Source: a virus | Taxonomy: Duplodnaviria; Caudoviricetes | DNA: 34,036 bases | IMG/VR virus record: IMGVR_UViG_3300020044_005029 | Location: 1 to 34,036 of that record | Reading direction: 5' to 3' (one strand) | Shown here: piece after piece, positions 1-8,178 of the stretch | How the letters are laid out: each line of letters starts with the position of its first letter | How positions within the stretch are numbered: position 1 is the first letter of the stretch | Notes under the pieces: model-generated | What the model was told of the DNA's origin: nothing | The model's input: the letters and a program-made list of their open reading frames with translations, nothing else | Database searches by the model: none | Made by a program: the position numbers and the translations under genes

Positions 1-121
1 CAAGATGTTACTAATACTACAACCTTTCAAGATGACACAGAGTTACAATTTAGTGTTGTGGCTGGAGGACATTACATGGTTGAAATGAATTTATGTTGGT
101 CTGGTAATAACGCAACTGGAG
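1..121. repeat. Terminal direct repeat, copy 1 (assembly overlap of a circular contig)
   Basis: Bases 1-121 are identical to 33916-34036, and the reading frame is continuous across the join. Confidence 0.95.
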
Positions 122-417
122 ATTATGCAGGTAGATTTTCAATTGGAACGGGGACATTAAATGGTTATGGAATATCAATAACATCTGATCAACCCACACC
201 AAGACAAATAGTTGGTACAACTTTTCAGGCATCATTTGGAACATATCAACTTGTTTCAACAAATATTGATTTTTTAATGACATCAGTTATTTATTTTAAT
301 TTCAACCCCTCAGTAAATTCTACGTTTAAATTTCAATTTGCAAACGCAGCAGCAGCAGCAGGTAGAATATCACGAACTTGGAAAGGCTCAATTTTAAAAT
401 ATAAACGAATAGACTAG
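1..417 (+). CDS. Tail fibre / receptor-binding protein, 3' part (C-terminal domain)
   Basis: Frame +1 is open from base 1 to the TAG at 415-417. It continues the 33133 ORF, so the 58..417 track ORF is only a fragment. Confidence 0.85.
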   Translation, partial: QDVTNTTTFQDDTELQFSVVAGGHYMVEMNLCWSGNNATGDYAGRFSIGTGTLNGYGISITSDQPTPRQIVGTTFQASFGTYQLVSTNIDFLMTSVIYFNFNPSVNSTFKFQFANAAAAAGRISRTWKGSILKYKRID

Positions 418-427
418 TTTCCCAAAT

Positions 428-445
428 TAGAACACCAAGGCATAA
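428..445 (+). promoter_or_regulatory. Putative late promoter motif TAGAACA-N6-CATAA upstream of the lysis cassette
   Basis: TAGAACA-CCAAGG-CATAA; the same motif and spacing occur at 13013, 25261 and 26185. Confidence 0.7.
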
Positions 446-463
446 ATACGTAGAAACACGTAC

Positions 464-712
464 ATGGCTCAGGAGCAAATTTTCAGACTTAACTTTAGGA
501 CTTTTATCAAGTCACCATTCACGTATTTGTTTTTTGTGCTATTGGTGGGATTGATTTATTTAGGCAGGGTATTGATTACCTCAAAGGATGGTGAAATCAC
601 CAGCCTAAAAAAGCAAGTCAATGAATGTGATGCTGAGCGTGTGAGAGATAAGCAACTACTTCAAGAGATAGTATTCCAAGAACAACTTAAAACGCGCTTA
701 GGTGGAAAATAA
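464..712 (+). CDS. Small membrane protein, holin- or spanin-like
   Basis: One hydrophobic helix followed by a coiled-coil-like segment; upstream of the putative endolysin. Confidence 0.55.
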   Translation: MAQEQIFRLNFRTFIKSPFTYLFFVLLVGLIYLGRVLITSKDGEITSLKKQVNECDAERVRDKQLLQEIVFQEQLKTRLGGK

Positions 713-968
713 AGCTTTAATTATCACATCAATTGTTGGAGCAATAGCTCTGATATTTGCACCGGTTCCAAAACATGACCATGTAAAGGCACCAAAGGAT
801 GAAATAACCATCCAAGCAGAGAACTATCTTGATCATCTCAAGGAGTCAAATCAGCAAGCTGTTGACAGCATCAATCAGAAAGTGGATAGCCTTGAGCATG
901 TTCAGCCAAAATATCGCTATATTTACAAAGTAATTAAAGCGGATACCAATGGTACAAGCATACACTGA
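702..968 (+). CDS. Small membrane-anchored protein (possible lysis accessory)
   Basis: N-terminal hydrophobic segment; overlaps its neighbours in the lysis cassette. Confidence 0.5.
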   Translation: MENKALIITSIVGAIALIFAPVPKHDHVKAPKDEITIQAENYLDHLKESNQQAVDSINQKVDSLEHVQPKYRYIYKVIKADTNGTSIH

Positions 969-1536
969 CAAGGAGCTGCTGGATAGAGTGGCCACATTGA
1001 AATCATTTAAGGGCCTGCCAAAAGGTAGGTGGATTTTAGGCGTGCGATCTAATGAGGATGTGCCTAATAAATTTGATGATAAATTTTATGTGTTTGATGG
1101 GAATAAGTTTGTGATGGTTATGTCCGGCACAACTAATCCTGGCGTGAGCATATTAAAAAAGTTTGAATCATTCAATAAACAAGGTGCTGCAATCCTTAAG
1201 GCTGATCAGTGGTATTATGATATTTGGCACTATGGCCTGCACAGGGGAAAGATTGCAGGACTATTGCAGCGTGGTGGAAAGGTGATTGTGCATAGGGATG
1301 GAGATAAGGATAACAAGTCTGAGGAGCTTGGACCTGAGCAGCCCGGTTGGTATGGTATCAACTTCCATTTGAACAGCCACGACATCAACACAAAGACAAT
1401 CAAGCAGGATATTGGTGCATGGAGTGCAGGATGCCAGGTGCCAAACAATCCTGAGAAATATAAGCAGCTGATGGGATGGTTCAAAGACAATCAGAAAGTA
1501 GTTAGCTATTGTTTACTTAATGAATTTCCAGCATGA
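949..1536 (+). CDS. Putative endolysin with an L,D-transpeptidase (YkuD)-like catalytic motif
   Basis: GINFH...WSAGCQV resembles the His...SxGC motif of YkuD-family enzymes; it follows two membrane-protein genes. Confidence 0.6.
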   Translation: MVQAYTDKELLDRVATLKSFKGLPKGRWILGVRSNEDVPNKFDDKFYVFDGNKFVMVMSGTTNPGVSILKKFESFNKQGAAILKADQWYYDIWHYGLHRGKIAGLLQRGGKVIVHRDGDKDNKSEELGPEQPGWYGINFHLNSHDINTKTIKQDIGAWSAGCQVPNNPEKYKQLMGWFKDNQKVVSYCLLNEFPA

Positions 1537-1754
1537 GCAAGCCAAAAAAAGACCTCAATTTACATATTGATGGCAAGAAAGTAGATGTAAATGTGACACG
1601 TAAAGATGGAAAGGTAACCATTGAATTAGATTCTGAAAAATTGGATGTATTGCTTGAGCGTTCAGAGAGAGGTCTGAATGTAACAGTAAATGATGCATCC
1701 GGTATATTGGGCAAGGTGCTGGCATTGTTCAGCAGGTTGCGCAGAAAACGCTAA
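1533..1754 (+). CDS. Hypothetical protein
   Basis: ATGA overlap with the previous gene; ends before a terminator. Confidence 0.65.
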   Translation: MSKPKKDLNLHIDGKKVDVNVTRKDGKVTIELDSEKLDVLLERSERGLNVTVNDASGILGKVLALFSRLRRKR

Positions 1755-1785
1755 TTTCCTCAATTAGTATTTTCATTCACTCGGG

Positions 1786-1812
1786 AAAGCCAGCCTTTGG
1801 GCTGGTTTTTTT
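1786..1812 (+). terminator. Intrinsic terminator ending the late/lysis transcript
   Basis: Stem GCCAGCC/GGCTGGT, loop TTTG, followed by a T-run. Confidence 0.85.
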
Positions 1813-1853
1813 ATTCCCTTAAATGTTAAATTGTTGAAAAAATAGGTATAAAG

Positions 1854-1885
1854 TTTTGCACGTATGCAAAAAATAACTATTATTG
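1854..1885 (+). promoter_or_regulatory. Bacteroidota-type early promoter with an overlapping palindromic operator
   Basis: TTTG (1855-1858), 19 nt, TATTATTG (1878-1885), which is 1 mismatch from TAnnTTTG. Palindrome TTTTGCA-CGTA-TGCAAAA at 1854-1871. Confidence 0.6.
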
Positions 1886-1912
1886 CGTATGTCAAATTTA
1901 AAACTGAGTGAA

Positions 1913-2002
1913 ATGAATGACTTTACAAAACTATTATTGAAAGCCCTGGGGATGGGTTTGTTAATGTCCATTGCCATTGGCTTAATTGAAACATTGCTAT
2001 GA
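1913..2002 (+). CDS. Small hydrophobic peptide (29 aa), first early gene
   Basis: MNDFTKLLLKALGMGLLMSIAIGLIETLL; follows the promoter and has an ATGA overlap with the next gene. Confidence 0.55.
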   Translation: MNDFTKLLLKALGMGLLMSIAIGLIETLL

Positions 2003-2235
2003 GCACGGTGGACTTAATCACAAGGCTGCAATCATCTGCAGCTGATATGTGGGAGCTGGTAATGAGGCACCACGATGAACTGAAAAGCCTGCAGGGTTAT
2101 TATGAACGTGCTGTGACCGTGGAAGAGCGCAACAGAATTGAGCGTGAAATGAATGGAGCTGAGTCAAATGTCAAGGTAACCATGCGCAGCTATGGGTTGA
2201 TCATGAAAAATATTGAGGAGTTATGTACGAAATAG
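1999..2235 (+). CDS. Hypothetical coiled-coil protein
   Basis: Translationally coupled ORF in the early cluster. Confidence 0.65.
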   Translation: MSTVDLITRLQSSAADMWELVMRHHDELKSLQGYYERAVTVEERNRIEREMNGAESNVKVTMRSYGLIMKNIEELCTK

Positions 2236-2405
2236 AGGTAACTTGTGAAGATTGCAAGGGTAAAGGTTGGATTGAGGTCATTGGTGCCTGCAGCCGTCCG
2301 GCATCCACATGTTGTGGTGGGTGTGTTGAAGATGTTGAATGTGAAAATTGTAACGGAAATGGGTACTATTGGGAAGAACAAGAGGAGCCGGCAGAGATCT
2401 GCTGA
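2223..2405 (+). CDS. Small DnaJ-type zinc-finger protein
   Basis: Two CxxCxGxG motifs (CEDCKGKG, CENCNGNG) plus CCGGC. Confidence 0.65.
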   Translation: MYEIEVTCEDCKGKGWIEVIGACSRPASTCCGGCVEDVECENCNGNGYYWEEQEEPAEIC

Positions 2406-2547
2406 TCCAAAACATTCAGCCATTCCATTGGTGATGAGAGTCAAGTGGTGGCGTGATCAGAGTGTGACTGATGATAAAGGTGGTTCATTCAACCTGGATC
2501 ATTACATGCGGATTTGTAGGATTAAAATTGAGCAATATGGCAGATAA
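2359..2547 (+). CDS. Hypothetical protein
   Basis: ATG at 2359 inside track ORF 2245..2547; fills the gap to the next gene. Confidence 0.5.
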   Translation: MGTIGKNKRSRQRSADPKHSAIPLVMRVKWWRDQSVTDDKGGSFNLDHYMRICRIKIEQYGR

Positions 2548-2704
2548 GGTTGAGCACCTCAAGGATATCAATGATTGGATTAAGGAGGTGGCATTTGAGC
2601 ACAGGGATCATCTGCATGTGGAGAGGGTGATCATTGACCAGCTTAGGGATAAGCTCGCCACGTGCATGGAAATTATTGACGAACTTTTAAACGAAAAGGA
2701 ATGA
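2537..2704 (+). CDS. Hypothetical protein
   Basis: MADKVEHL start overlaps the previous stop; ATGA coupling to the next gene. Confidence 0.6.
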   Translation: MADKVEHLKDINDWIKEVAFEHRDHLHVERVIIDQLRDKLATCMEIIDELLNEKE

Positions 2705-2847
2705 GAAATTATTTGGTAGTTTGGGCAGCATTGGCTGCGGTGTGTGTTCTACTTTGGTGGGCACTATTGGTATGGATTGGATGGATTGCATTGCTGATTA
2801 TTCCAGCGGTGGGAGTTATTGTTCATTATTTAACTAGAGAGGAATGA
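2701..2847 (+). CDS. Small Trp-rich membrane protein (48 aa)
   Basis: Almost entirely hydrophobic ORF with ATGA overlaps on both sides; below the track's length cut-off. Confidence 0.55.
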   Translation: MRNYLVVWAALAAVCVLLWWALLVWIGWIALLIIPAVGVIVHYLTREE

Positions 2848-2990
2848 AACAGTACAGAGTGACCTACAAATTCAAAGGACCATCTGAGTGGCAGCTTGGC
2901 TACATGGTTATGTTTGGATACGACAGCAGCCATATCAGGGATAAATTCCCCATGTGGCCCGGTTTAATTTTAAAGATTGAGGAGATATGA
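2844..2990 (+). CDS. Hypothetical protein (48 aa)
   Basis: MKQYRVTYKFKG...ILKIEEI; ATGA overlaps on both sides. Confidence 0.6.
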   Translation: MKQYRVTYKFKGPSEWQLGYMVMFGYDSSHIRDKFPMWPGLILKIEEI

Positions 2991-3415
2991 TACACAAGAT
3001 GAATGAAGTGGTAAAGCTGATTGAAAGATATGGGCTGAAAACACCAAAGAGAACGAGGGAGTTAGTGTACCAGCGGTACTATATTTACAAGGAGCTGCGT
3101 AAATGGATGACCTTGGAACAGGTTGGCAAGCTCTTTGGCAAGGATCACAGCACAGTGATTCATGGAATCAAGATGGCACGGATGTTTGAGCACATGAAAG
3201 ATGCCATATATTTTGAATACATCAAGCATATCAGAGCGGATTACATCTCCATGATGGATGAACAAACACAATTCAGCATGCGCAAGATTGACTATGTTCA
3301 TGGCACCGCAATAATGTATTTATACCTGCCCATGGATAAGGAGGTATATGAAGACATTGAGCGCATGGATTTTGACCAATTCAAGGAGGTTTTGGAGTGT
3401 GTAAATGGTGTGTAA
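2987..3415 (+). CDS. HTH protein resembling the DnaA C-terminal DNA-binding domain (domain IV)
   Basis: RTRELVYQR...MTLEQVGKLFGKDHSTVIHGIK resembles the DnaA domain IV pattern SLxxIGxxFGxRDHTTVxH. Confidence 0.7.
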   Translation: MIHKMNEVVKLIERYGLKTPKRTRELVYQRYYIYKELRKWMTLEQVGKLFGKDHSTVIHGIKMARMFEHMKDAIYFEYIKHIRADYISMMDEQTQFSMRKIDYVHGTAIMYLYLPMDKEVYEDIERMDFDQFKEVLECVNGV

Positions 3416-3596
3416 TTACACACTACACACTGCCTAATTCAAGAAAAAAAAATCTAAGTAATTTTAAAAAAAGTGTTTTTTGGCGTTACACACTGTGTAA
3501 TTACACACTTTTGCTCTGTAAGGTCAGTAAACACTGATACTTTAGTGTGTAAAATGAGTGTGTAACGGTGTGTAAAAAGTGTGTAATTTTACACAC
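3397..3596. repeat. Iteron-like repeat array with an AT-rich spacer; putative replication origin
   Basis: GTGTGTAA at 3397, 3408, 3545, 3558, 3568 and 3579; TTACACAC at 3416, 3486, 3501 and 3589; 7/8 variants near 3424 and 3494. A/T tracts at about 3435-3481. Directly upstream of the primase-helicase. Confidence 0.8.
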
Positions 3597-3605
3597 TATT
3601 TTGAC

Positions 3606-3613
3606 TAAATTTG
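3606..3613 (+). promoter_or_regulatory. Bacteroidota -7 promoter element for the replication operon
   Basis: TAAATTTG matches TAnnTTTG, 31 nt before the ATG at 3645; no clear -33 box. Confidence 0.5.
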
Positions 3614-3644
3614 CAAGTTATCAACAAATGTTAATAAAAACGAG

Positions 3645-5921
3645 ATGAAAAAAGCGTACCTGAGGAAGTTAGCAAGTGAGGGTTTTTCCATCATTCCTGT
3701 GGAGGATGATAAGAGGCCCAAAGGACCATGGAAAAAATACCAAAAAGAACACCGCACACCGGATGAGGTGGAGGCATTGGATGCACCGCTGTATGGTTTG
3801 ATATGTGGATACAATGATGTTGAATGCATTGATGTGGATCTTAAGGTCATTGTCGGATTAAAGGAGCAAAAGGAATGGTGGAGTGAATACCTGCAATTTC
3901 TTAATGACAATATTGAGGATTTTGAGTCCAAGGTGACCATTGTAAAGACCAAGAATGCTGGATTTCACATTCTGTACAGGTGCTATGAGGTTGAAGGCAA
4001 TACAAAGATTGCCACATTGAAGGGTCAGAGTGAGGCCATCATTGAGACCAGGGGAATTGGTGGCATGGTGGTGCTGTATGATAATTACCTAAGCAGTCGC
4101 AGATACCATGACATGCAATTCATAACACCTGAGGAGCGCACAATAATATGGGAGATAAGCCGAACGTATCACTATACAGGAGATATGCCCACAGAAGAGC
4201 CGAAAAGTGGCTTATTTGAGGTGCAAGGTGTTAGCCCATGGCAGGAATTCAATCAGCAGTATAGTGCATTGGACTTGATTCAGGATGATTTTGAGATTAC
4301 TAGGCGCACCAATAGTGCATATATCATCCGGAGATTTGGTGCAAAGAGTCCACATTCAGGTTATGTGTACCAGGATAGTGGATGCATGTACCTGTTCAGC
4401 ACCGGCACAAGATATCCAGCTGAACAATTGCTGTCACCATTTGCGATCTATGCCCATAAGAATCACAACGGTGATATGACAGCTGCAGCACGTGACCTGT
4501 ATGATCAAGGATTTGGAAGCAGAGCCATGCCAAAGGTAGATGTGCCAAAGATGGAGATGCCTAAGGAGCCAAAGATTACCAGGCAAACATTCCCTGTGGA
4601 TATATTCCCGGACAAAGTCAAGAGCTATATCTTGATGAGTGCAGAAACCTTGGGCCTATCCATTGATTACATGGGTGCATCATTCATGTGGGTGCTGTCG
4701 GTTATTGTTGGCAACAGCTTAAGGATGCAAGTCAAACAGGGCTGGCATGAGGTGGCAAGCATATGGATCGCGGTTGTTGGTAAGCCAGGGATTGGTAAAA
4801 CCCCATCAATCAATCAGATTATTTTTCCCCTTAGAGAGATGAACATCCGGGAACAAAAGGAATATGCCAGGCAATTTGCCAAGTGGAAGGAATACGAGGC
4901 CATGGATAAGAAACAAAAGGAATACGCAGAGCATATTGATAAGCCTGTGAGCAAGCAATTCCTTGTGGGTGATATCACACTTGAGGCATTGGTTGATCTG
5001 CATGAGCAGAATCCAAACAGTGTAGGGATATTTAAGGATGAGCTTGCAGGATGGTTCAAGGATATGAACAAATACCGGCAAGGTAGTGACCTTGAGTTTT
5101 GGCTTTCATCATGGTCAGGTACATCCATCTCCTTAAACCGGAAGACATCCAAGAGTGCATTTGTGGATAAGCCAATGATTCCTGTATTGGGAGGCATCCA
5201 GCCAAGTGTGTTTGACGAATTCACTACCGGGGAAAACAAGGAGAACGGATTTGTTGACCGGATTCTTATCAGCTATCCTGAGCTCAAGGTGAATCACTAC
5301 AATGCCAACAGCATGGATCCTGTGATGAGTGAGGTATGGATTGGCATCCTGCATCAAATTAGGTACCGTATCAATTCAATCTATTTCAAGATGAATGAGC
5401 ACGGTGATATCCTTACCACAGATGTGGTATTTAGTGAGGAGGCCAACAAGGAATGGATCCGCATACATGACAAGCTCACTGATATGCAGAACAGTGATGA
5501 TGAGAATGAGTACATGAAGAGCATGCTTCCAAAACAAAAGAGCTATATCCCAAGATTCGCGCTGTTGATTAATACACTTTGGTCCATTCTTGAAAAGGGT
5601 GGCACCATTGAGCAAGTGAGTAAGGATAACATCCTACGTGCGGAGAGGCTATCTGAGTATTTCATCAACATGAGCAAGCTAGTTAAGCAGGATGTCAAGG
5701 AGAAAAATGAACTGATGCAAGCAGGGAGGGCTGCCGGTTCCGATAAGTACACCATGCTCAAGGGAATGTACAAGGCAAATAAGGAATTTAATAAGACTAC
5801 AGCAAGTGAGGTGCTAGGGGTCAGCCGTAAAACAGTGTATAACATGTTAAAACAAATACAAGATGAAGAAAGAAACAAGAGCAAGGCTCAAGGAGCTGGA
5901 GTTAAAAGAGCTGCAAAGTAA
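3645..5921 (+). CDS. Primase-polymerase (Prim-Pol) fused to a DUF3987/YfjI-type P-loop helicase, with a C-terminal HTH
   Basis: N-terminal IDVD and TKNAGFH motifs; Walker A GKPGIGKT; Walker B-like IFKDEL; GFVDRIL; C-terminal ASEVLGVSRKTVYNMLK. Confidence 0.85.
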   Translation: MKKAYLRKLASEGFSIIPVEDDKRPKGPWKKYQKEHRTPDEVEALDAPLYGLICGYNDVECIDVDLKVIVGLKEQKEWWSEYLQFLNDNIEDFESKVTIVKTKNAGFHILYRCYEVEGNTKIATLKGQSEAIIETRGIGGMVVLYDNYLSSRRYHDMQFITPEERTIIWEISRTYHYTGDMPTEEPKSGLFEVQGVSPWQEFNQQYSALDLIQDDFEITRRTNSAYIIRRFGAKSPHSGYVYQDSGCMYLFSTGTRYPAEQLLSPFAIYAHKNHNGDMTAAARDLYDQGFGSRAMPKVDVPKMEMPKEPKITRQTFPVDIFPDKVKSYILMSAETLGLSIDYMGASFMWVLSVIVGNSLRMQVKQGWHEVASIWIAVVGKPGIGKTPSINQIIFPLREMNIREQKEYARQFAKWKEYEAMDKKQKEYAEHIDKPVSKQFLVGDITLEALVDLHEQNPNSVGIFKDELAGWFKDMNKYRQGSDLEFWLSSWSGTSISLNRKTSKSAFVDKPMIPVLGGIQPSVFDEFTTGENKENGFVDRILISYPELKVNHYNANSMDPVMSEVWIGILHQIRYRINSIYFKMNEHGDILTTDVVFSEEANKEWIRIHDKLTDMQNSDDENEYMKSMLPKQKSYIPRFALLINTLWSILEKGGTIEQVSKDNILRAERLSEYFINMSKLVKQDVKEKNELMQAGRAAGSDKYTMLKGMYKANKEFNKTTASEVLGVSRKTVYNMLKQIQDEERNKSKAQGAGVKRAAK

Positions 5922-6339
5922 ATTTCCAAGCGTGCCATTGCATTGCTTGGCACATTCAGCGTTCAAAGAGACCTCAGCAAATGAGCTCACAAAGACAATT
6001 ATCCGCTTTGTTCAGCTTAATGGATACCAGGCTGAACGCATCAACACCATGGGGCGGTTTGTTGGACCAAAGAAATACACAGATTTTGATGGCAGGGAGC
6101 GCACAATTGGCAAGGGGAAGTACATTCCAACCACAGGCACCAAGGGGAGTGCTGATATTTCAGCCACAATTGCCGGGAGATCAATAAAGATTGAGGTAAA
6201 ATATGGCAAGGATAGGCAGTCAGATGCACAGAAACAATACCAGCAGAGCATTGAACAGGCAGGAGGTACCTACATTATTGCCCGAGATGTGGATGGATTC
6301 ATTGAATGGTATGATAAATTCATTGAGATATGCAAGTAA
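5863..6339 (+). CDS. VRR-NUC-like PD-(D/E)xK nuclease (possible junction resolvase)
   Basis: GSADI...IEVKYGKDRQSDAQK...GGTYIIAR. Confidence 0.8.
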   Translation: MKKETRARLKELELKELQSKFPSVPLHCLAHSAFKETSANELTKTIIRFVQLNGYQAERINTMGRFVGPKKYTDFDGRERTIGKGKYIPTTGTKGSADISATIAGRSIKIEVKYGKDRQSDAQKQYQQSIEQAGGTYIIARDVDGFIEWYDKFIEICK

Positions 6340-6986
6340 CAGACAAAATAACAATAACCAACGAAGATAACATGCAGTTAATGGCTCGATATCCCGACAA
6401 TTATTTTGATTTGGCTATTGTAGACCCGCCTTATGGATTAGGAATGGCAACCGTGAGCAATCCGTCTTCTAAAAATGGAAATTCACAACAAAAATTTTTT
6501 AATGATTTGAAGAATAAGCAATGGGACAATTCAACTCCTAATAAAAAGTACTTTGATGAATTAAAAAGAGTTTCTAAAAATCAAATTATATGGGGTGGAA
6601 ATTATATGGTAGAACACATTGGAAATACTAAATGCATTTTGATATGGGATAAAATGACTTATATACCAACTATGAGCCAATTTGAATTTGCTTTTTGTTC
6701 AATGAATAAACACCCGCAATTAATCAAGATAAATTCTAACGATATAAATAGACAGCACCCCACACAAAAACCCGTAGCACTTTACAAATGGATTTTAGAC
6801 AAATACGCAAAGCAAGGTGATAAAATACTAGACACCCATTTAGGAAGTGGAAGCATAGCAATAGCGTGCCATGATTACGGCTTTGAGTTAACAGCTTGTG
6901 AACTTGACGCTGAGTATTATCAAAAAGCAATTGAGAGAATTAAATCACATACATCACAGTTAAACCTGTTTGCAGATATTAAATAA
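6330..6986 (+). CDS. Orphan N6-adenine/N4-cytosine DNA methyltransferase (beta class)
   Basis: DPPY catalytic motif, HPTQKP, and a C-terminal ILDTHLGSGS SAM-binding motif. Confidence 0.9.
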   Translation: MQVTDKITITNEDNMQLMARYPDNYFDLAIVDPPYGLGMATVSNPSSKNGNSQQKFFNDLKNKQWDNSTPNKKYFDELKRVSKNQIIWGGNYMVEHIGNTKCILIWDKMTYIPTMSQFEFAFCSMNKHPQLIKINSNDINRQHPTQKPVALYKWILDKYAKQGDKILDTHLGSGSIAIACHDYGFELTACELDAEYYQKAIERIKSHTSQLNLFADIK

Positions 6987-7000
6987 AAAGTTTACATTTG
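6969..7000 (+). promoter_or_regulatory. Bacteroidota-type promoter for the recombination operon
   Basis: TTTG (6969-6972), 20 nt, TACATTTG (6993-7000): full match to TTTG-N19-21-TAnnTTTG. Confidence 0.75.
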
Positions 7001-7021
7001 TATAAATTAAAACCCGAGAGA

Positions 7022-7543
7022 ATGAAAAAAGAACAAGTACAGGCATCACTGTACCGCAAGGTATGGGATGCAAAGAGGGAGATTGGCAAGGTGTACAAGA
7101 ATGCACAGTCACATCATTCCCGTTATGCTGATTTGAATGCTATCCTGGACACGGTGGAGCCGGTTCTGTTTAGCTTTGGACTGATCATCATGCAGCCAAT
7201 CAATGACAACAAGGTCACAACACAGCTGATTGACATTGACAGCGGTGATATGGTGGAGTCAAGCATTGAACTGCCAGCCATCACCAATCCACAGCAGATG
7301 GGGAGTGCCATATCTTACTTCCGCAGGTACACCTTGAGCAGTTTGCTATCCATCTCCACCACAGAGGACGATGATGCAGTTAGTGCAAGCAAGGCAGCAC
7401 CTGCCAAGCCAAAGGCCACGGATGAATTGGTGCAGAAGTTTGCCCAATCCTTGGCAGATGGCACCGCTAAGTGGACTATTGAAAAGTTTAAAGTGAACTA
7501 TGAGTTGAATGAGGCACAAATCCAATTAATTGAGGCAGTATGA
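7022..7543 (+). CDS. erf: ERF-family single-strand annealing protein
   Basis: RYADLNAIL...QQMGSAISYFRRYTLSSLLSI...DDD is the ERF signature. The ATG at 7022 lies downstream of the promoter, whereas the track's TTG start lies inside it. Confidence 0.85.
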   Translation: MKKEQVQASLYRKVWDAKREIGKVYKNAQSHHSRYADLNAILDTVEPVLFSFGLIIMQPINDNKVTTQLIDIDSGDMVESSIELPAITNPQQMGSAISYFRRYTLSSLLSISTTEDDDAVSASKAAPAKPKATDELVQKFAQSLADGTAKWTIEKFKVNYELNEAQIQLIEAV

Positions 7544-8178
7544 ATGATATCATCGTCAGAGCTCATCAGGTTGGAGACCTAATGACCTCACCAAAAAGCA
7601 AGTCTGAGGTGTTATCTGAGACAGCCAAGGCAATGCTGAGGCTCAATGCTAAACAGGAGATGTTTGGATTCAAGAATCAAATCGTATCTAAGTACATTGA
7701 TAAGGGAATCACACAGGAACATGACAGCATTGAGCTGCTGAACAAGGTCCGGATTGATAACTACACTAAGCACACAGGTAGAGAATCAAGGATGTTCCTG
7801 TCAGGTGAATGCGATATCCTTACTGAGGATACGGTGATTGATATCAAGACCTCATGGTCATGGGCCACATGGCCAGCAACACCAAAGGAAGGGTACAACA
7901 AAGCATATGAGTGGCAGCTACAGGCATACATGTTCCTGTATGACAGGCCAAAGGCTGAGTTGATATACTGCATGGTGGAAACAGATCCGGACCTTTGCAA
8001 ATATGAATATCCTGAATTGCACCAGGTGAATCACATTGAGCCATACAGACGTATCACTGTGCTTAAGTATGAACGTGATTGGGATGCACAGGAGCAATTG
8101 ATACACAGGTTGGAAGCTGCTTGGAATTATTACAACGAGTACAAGCAGGATGTATTGATGTCAAAGGTAAACCAATGA
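7540..8178 (+). CDS. Lambda-Exo/YqaJ-like exonuclease
   Basis: GECDI...IDIKTSW...YEWQLQAYM; adjacent to ERF. Confidence 0.8.
   Translation: MNDIIVRAHQVGDLMTSPKSKSEVLSETAKAMLRLNAKQEMFGFKNQIVSKYIDKGITQEHDSIELLNKVRIDNYTKHTGRESRMFLSGECDILTEDTVIDIKTSWSWATWPATPKEGYNKAYEWQLQAYMFLYDRPKAELIYCMVETDPDLCKYEYPELHQVNHIEPYRRITVLKYERDWDAQEQLIHRLEAAWNYYNEYKQDVLMSKVNQ

Noticed and set aside
1-417. Diversity-generating retroelement or invertase-type fibre switching
   Set aside because: No reverse transcriptase, template repeat, recombinase or inverted fibre cassettes were seen.
2534-2553. AATATGGCAGATAAG(N)TTGA shared with 15537-15556, both at YGR*/MADK gene junctions
   Set aside because: One such short repeat is plausible by chance in 34 kb, especially under start/stop overlap constraints, and the genes are unrelated.
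3397-3596. Repeat array as a mini-CRISPR
   Set aside because: The repeats are 8 bp, in both orientations and irregularly spaced, with no spacer-length uniques or cas genes.
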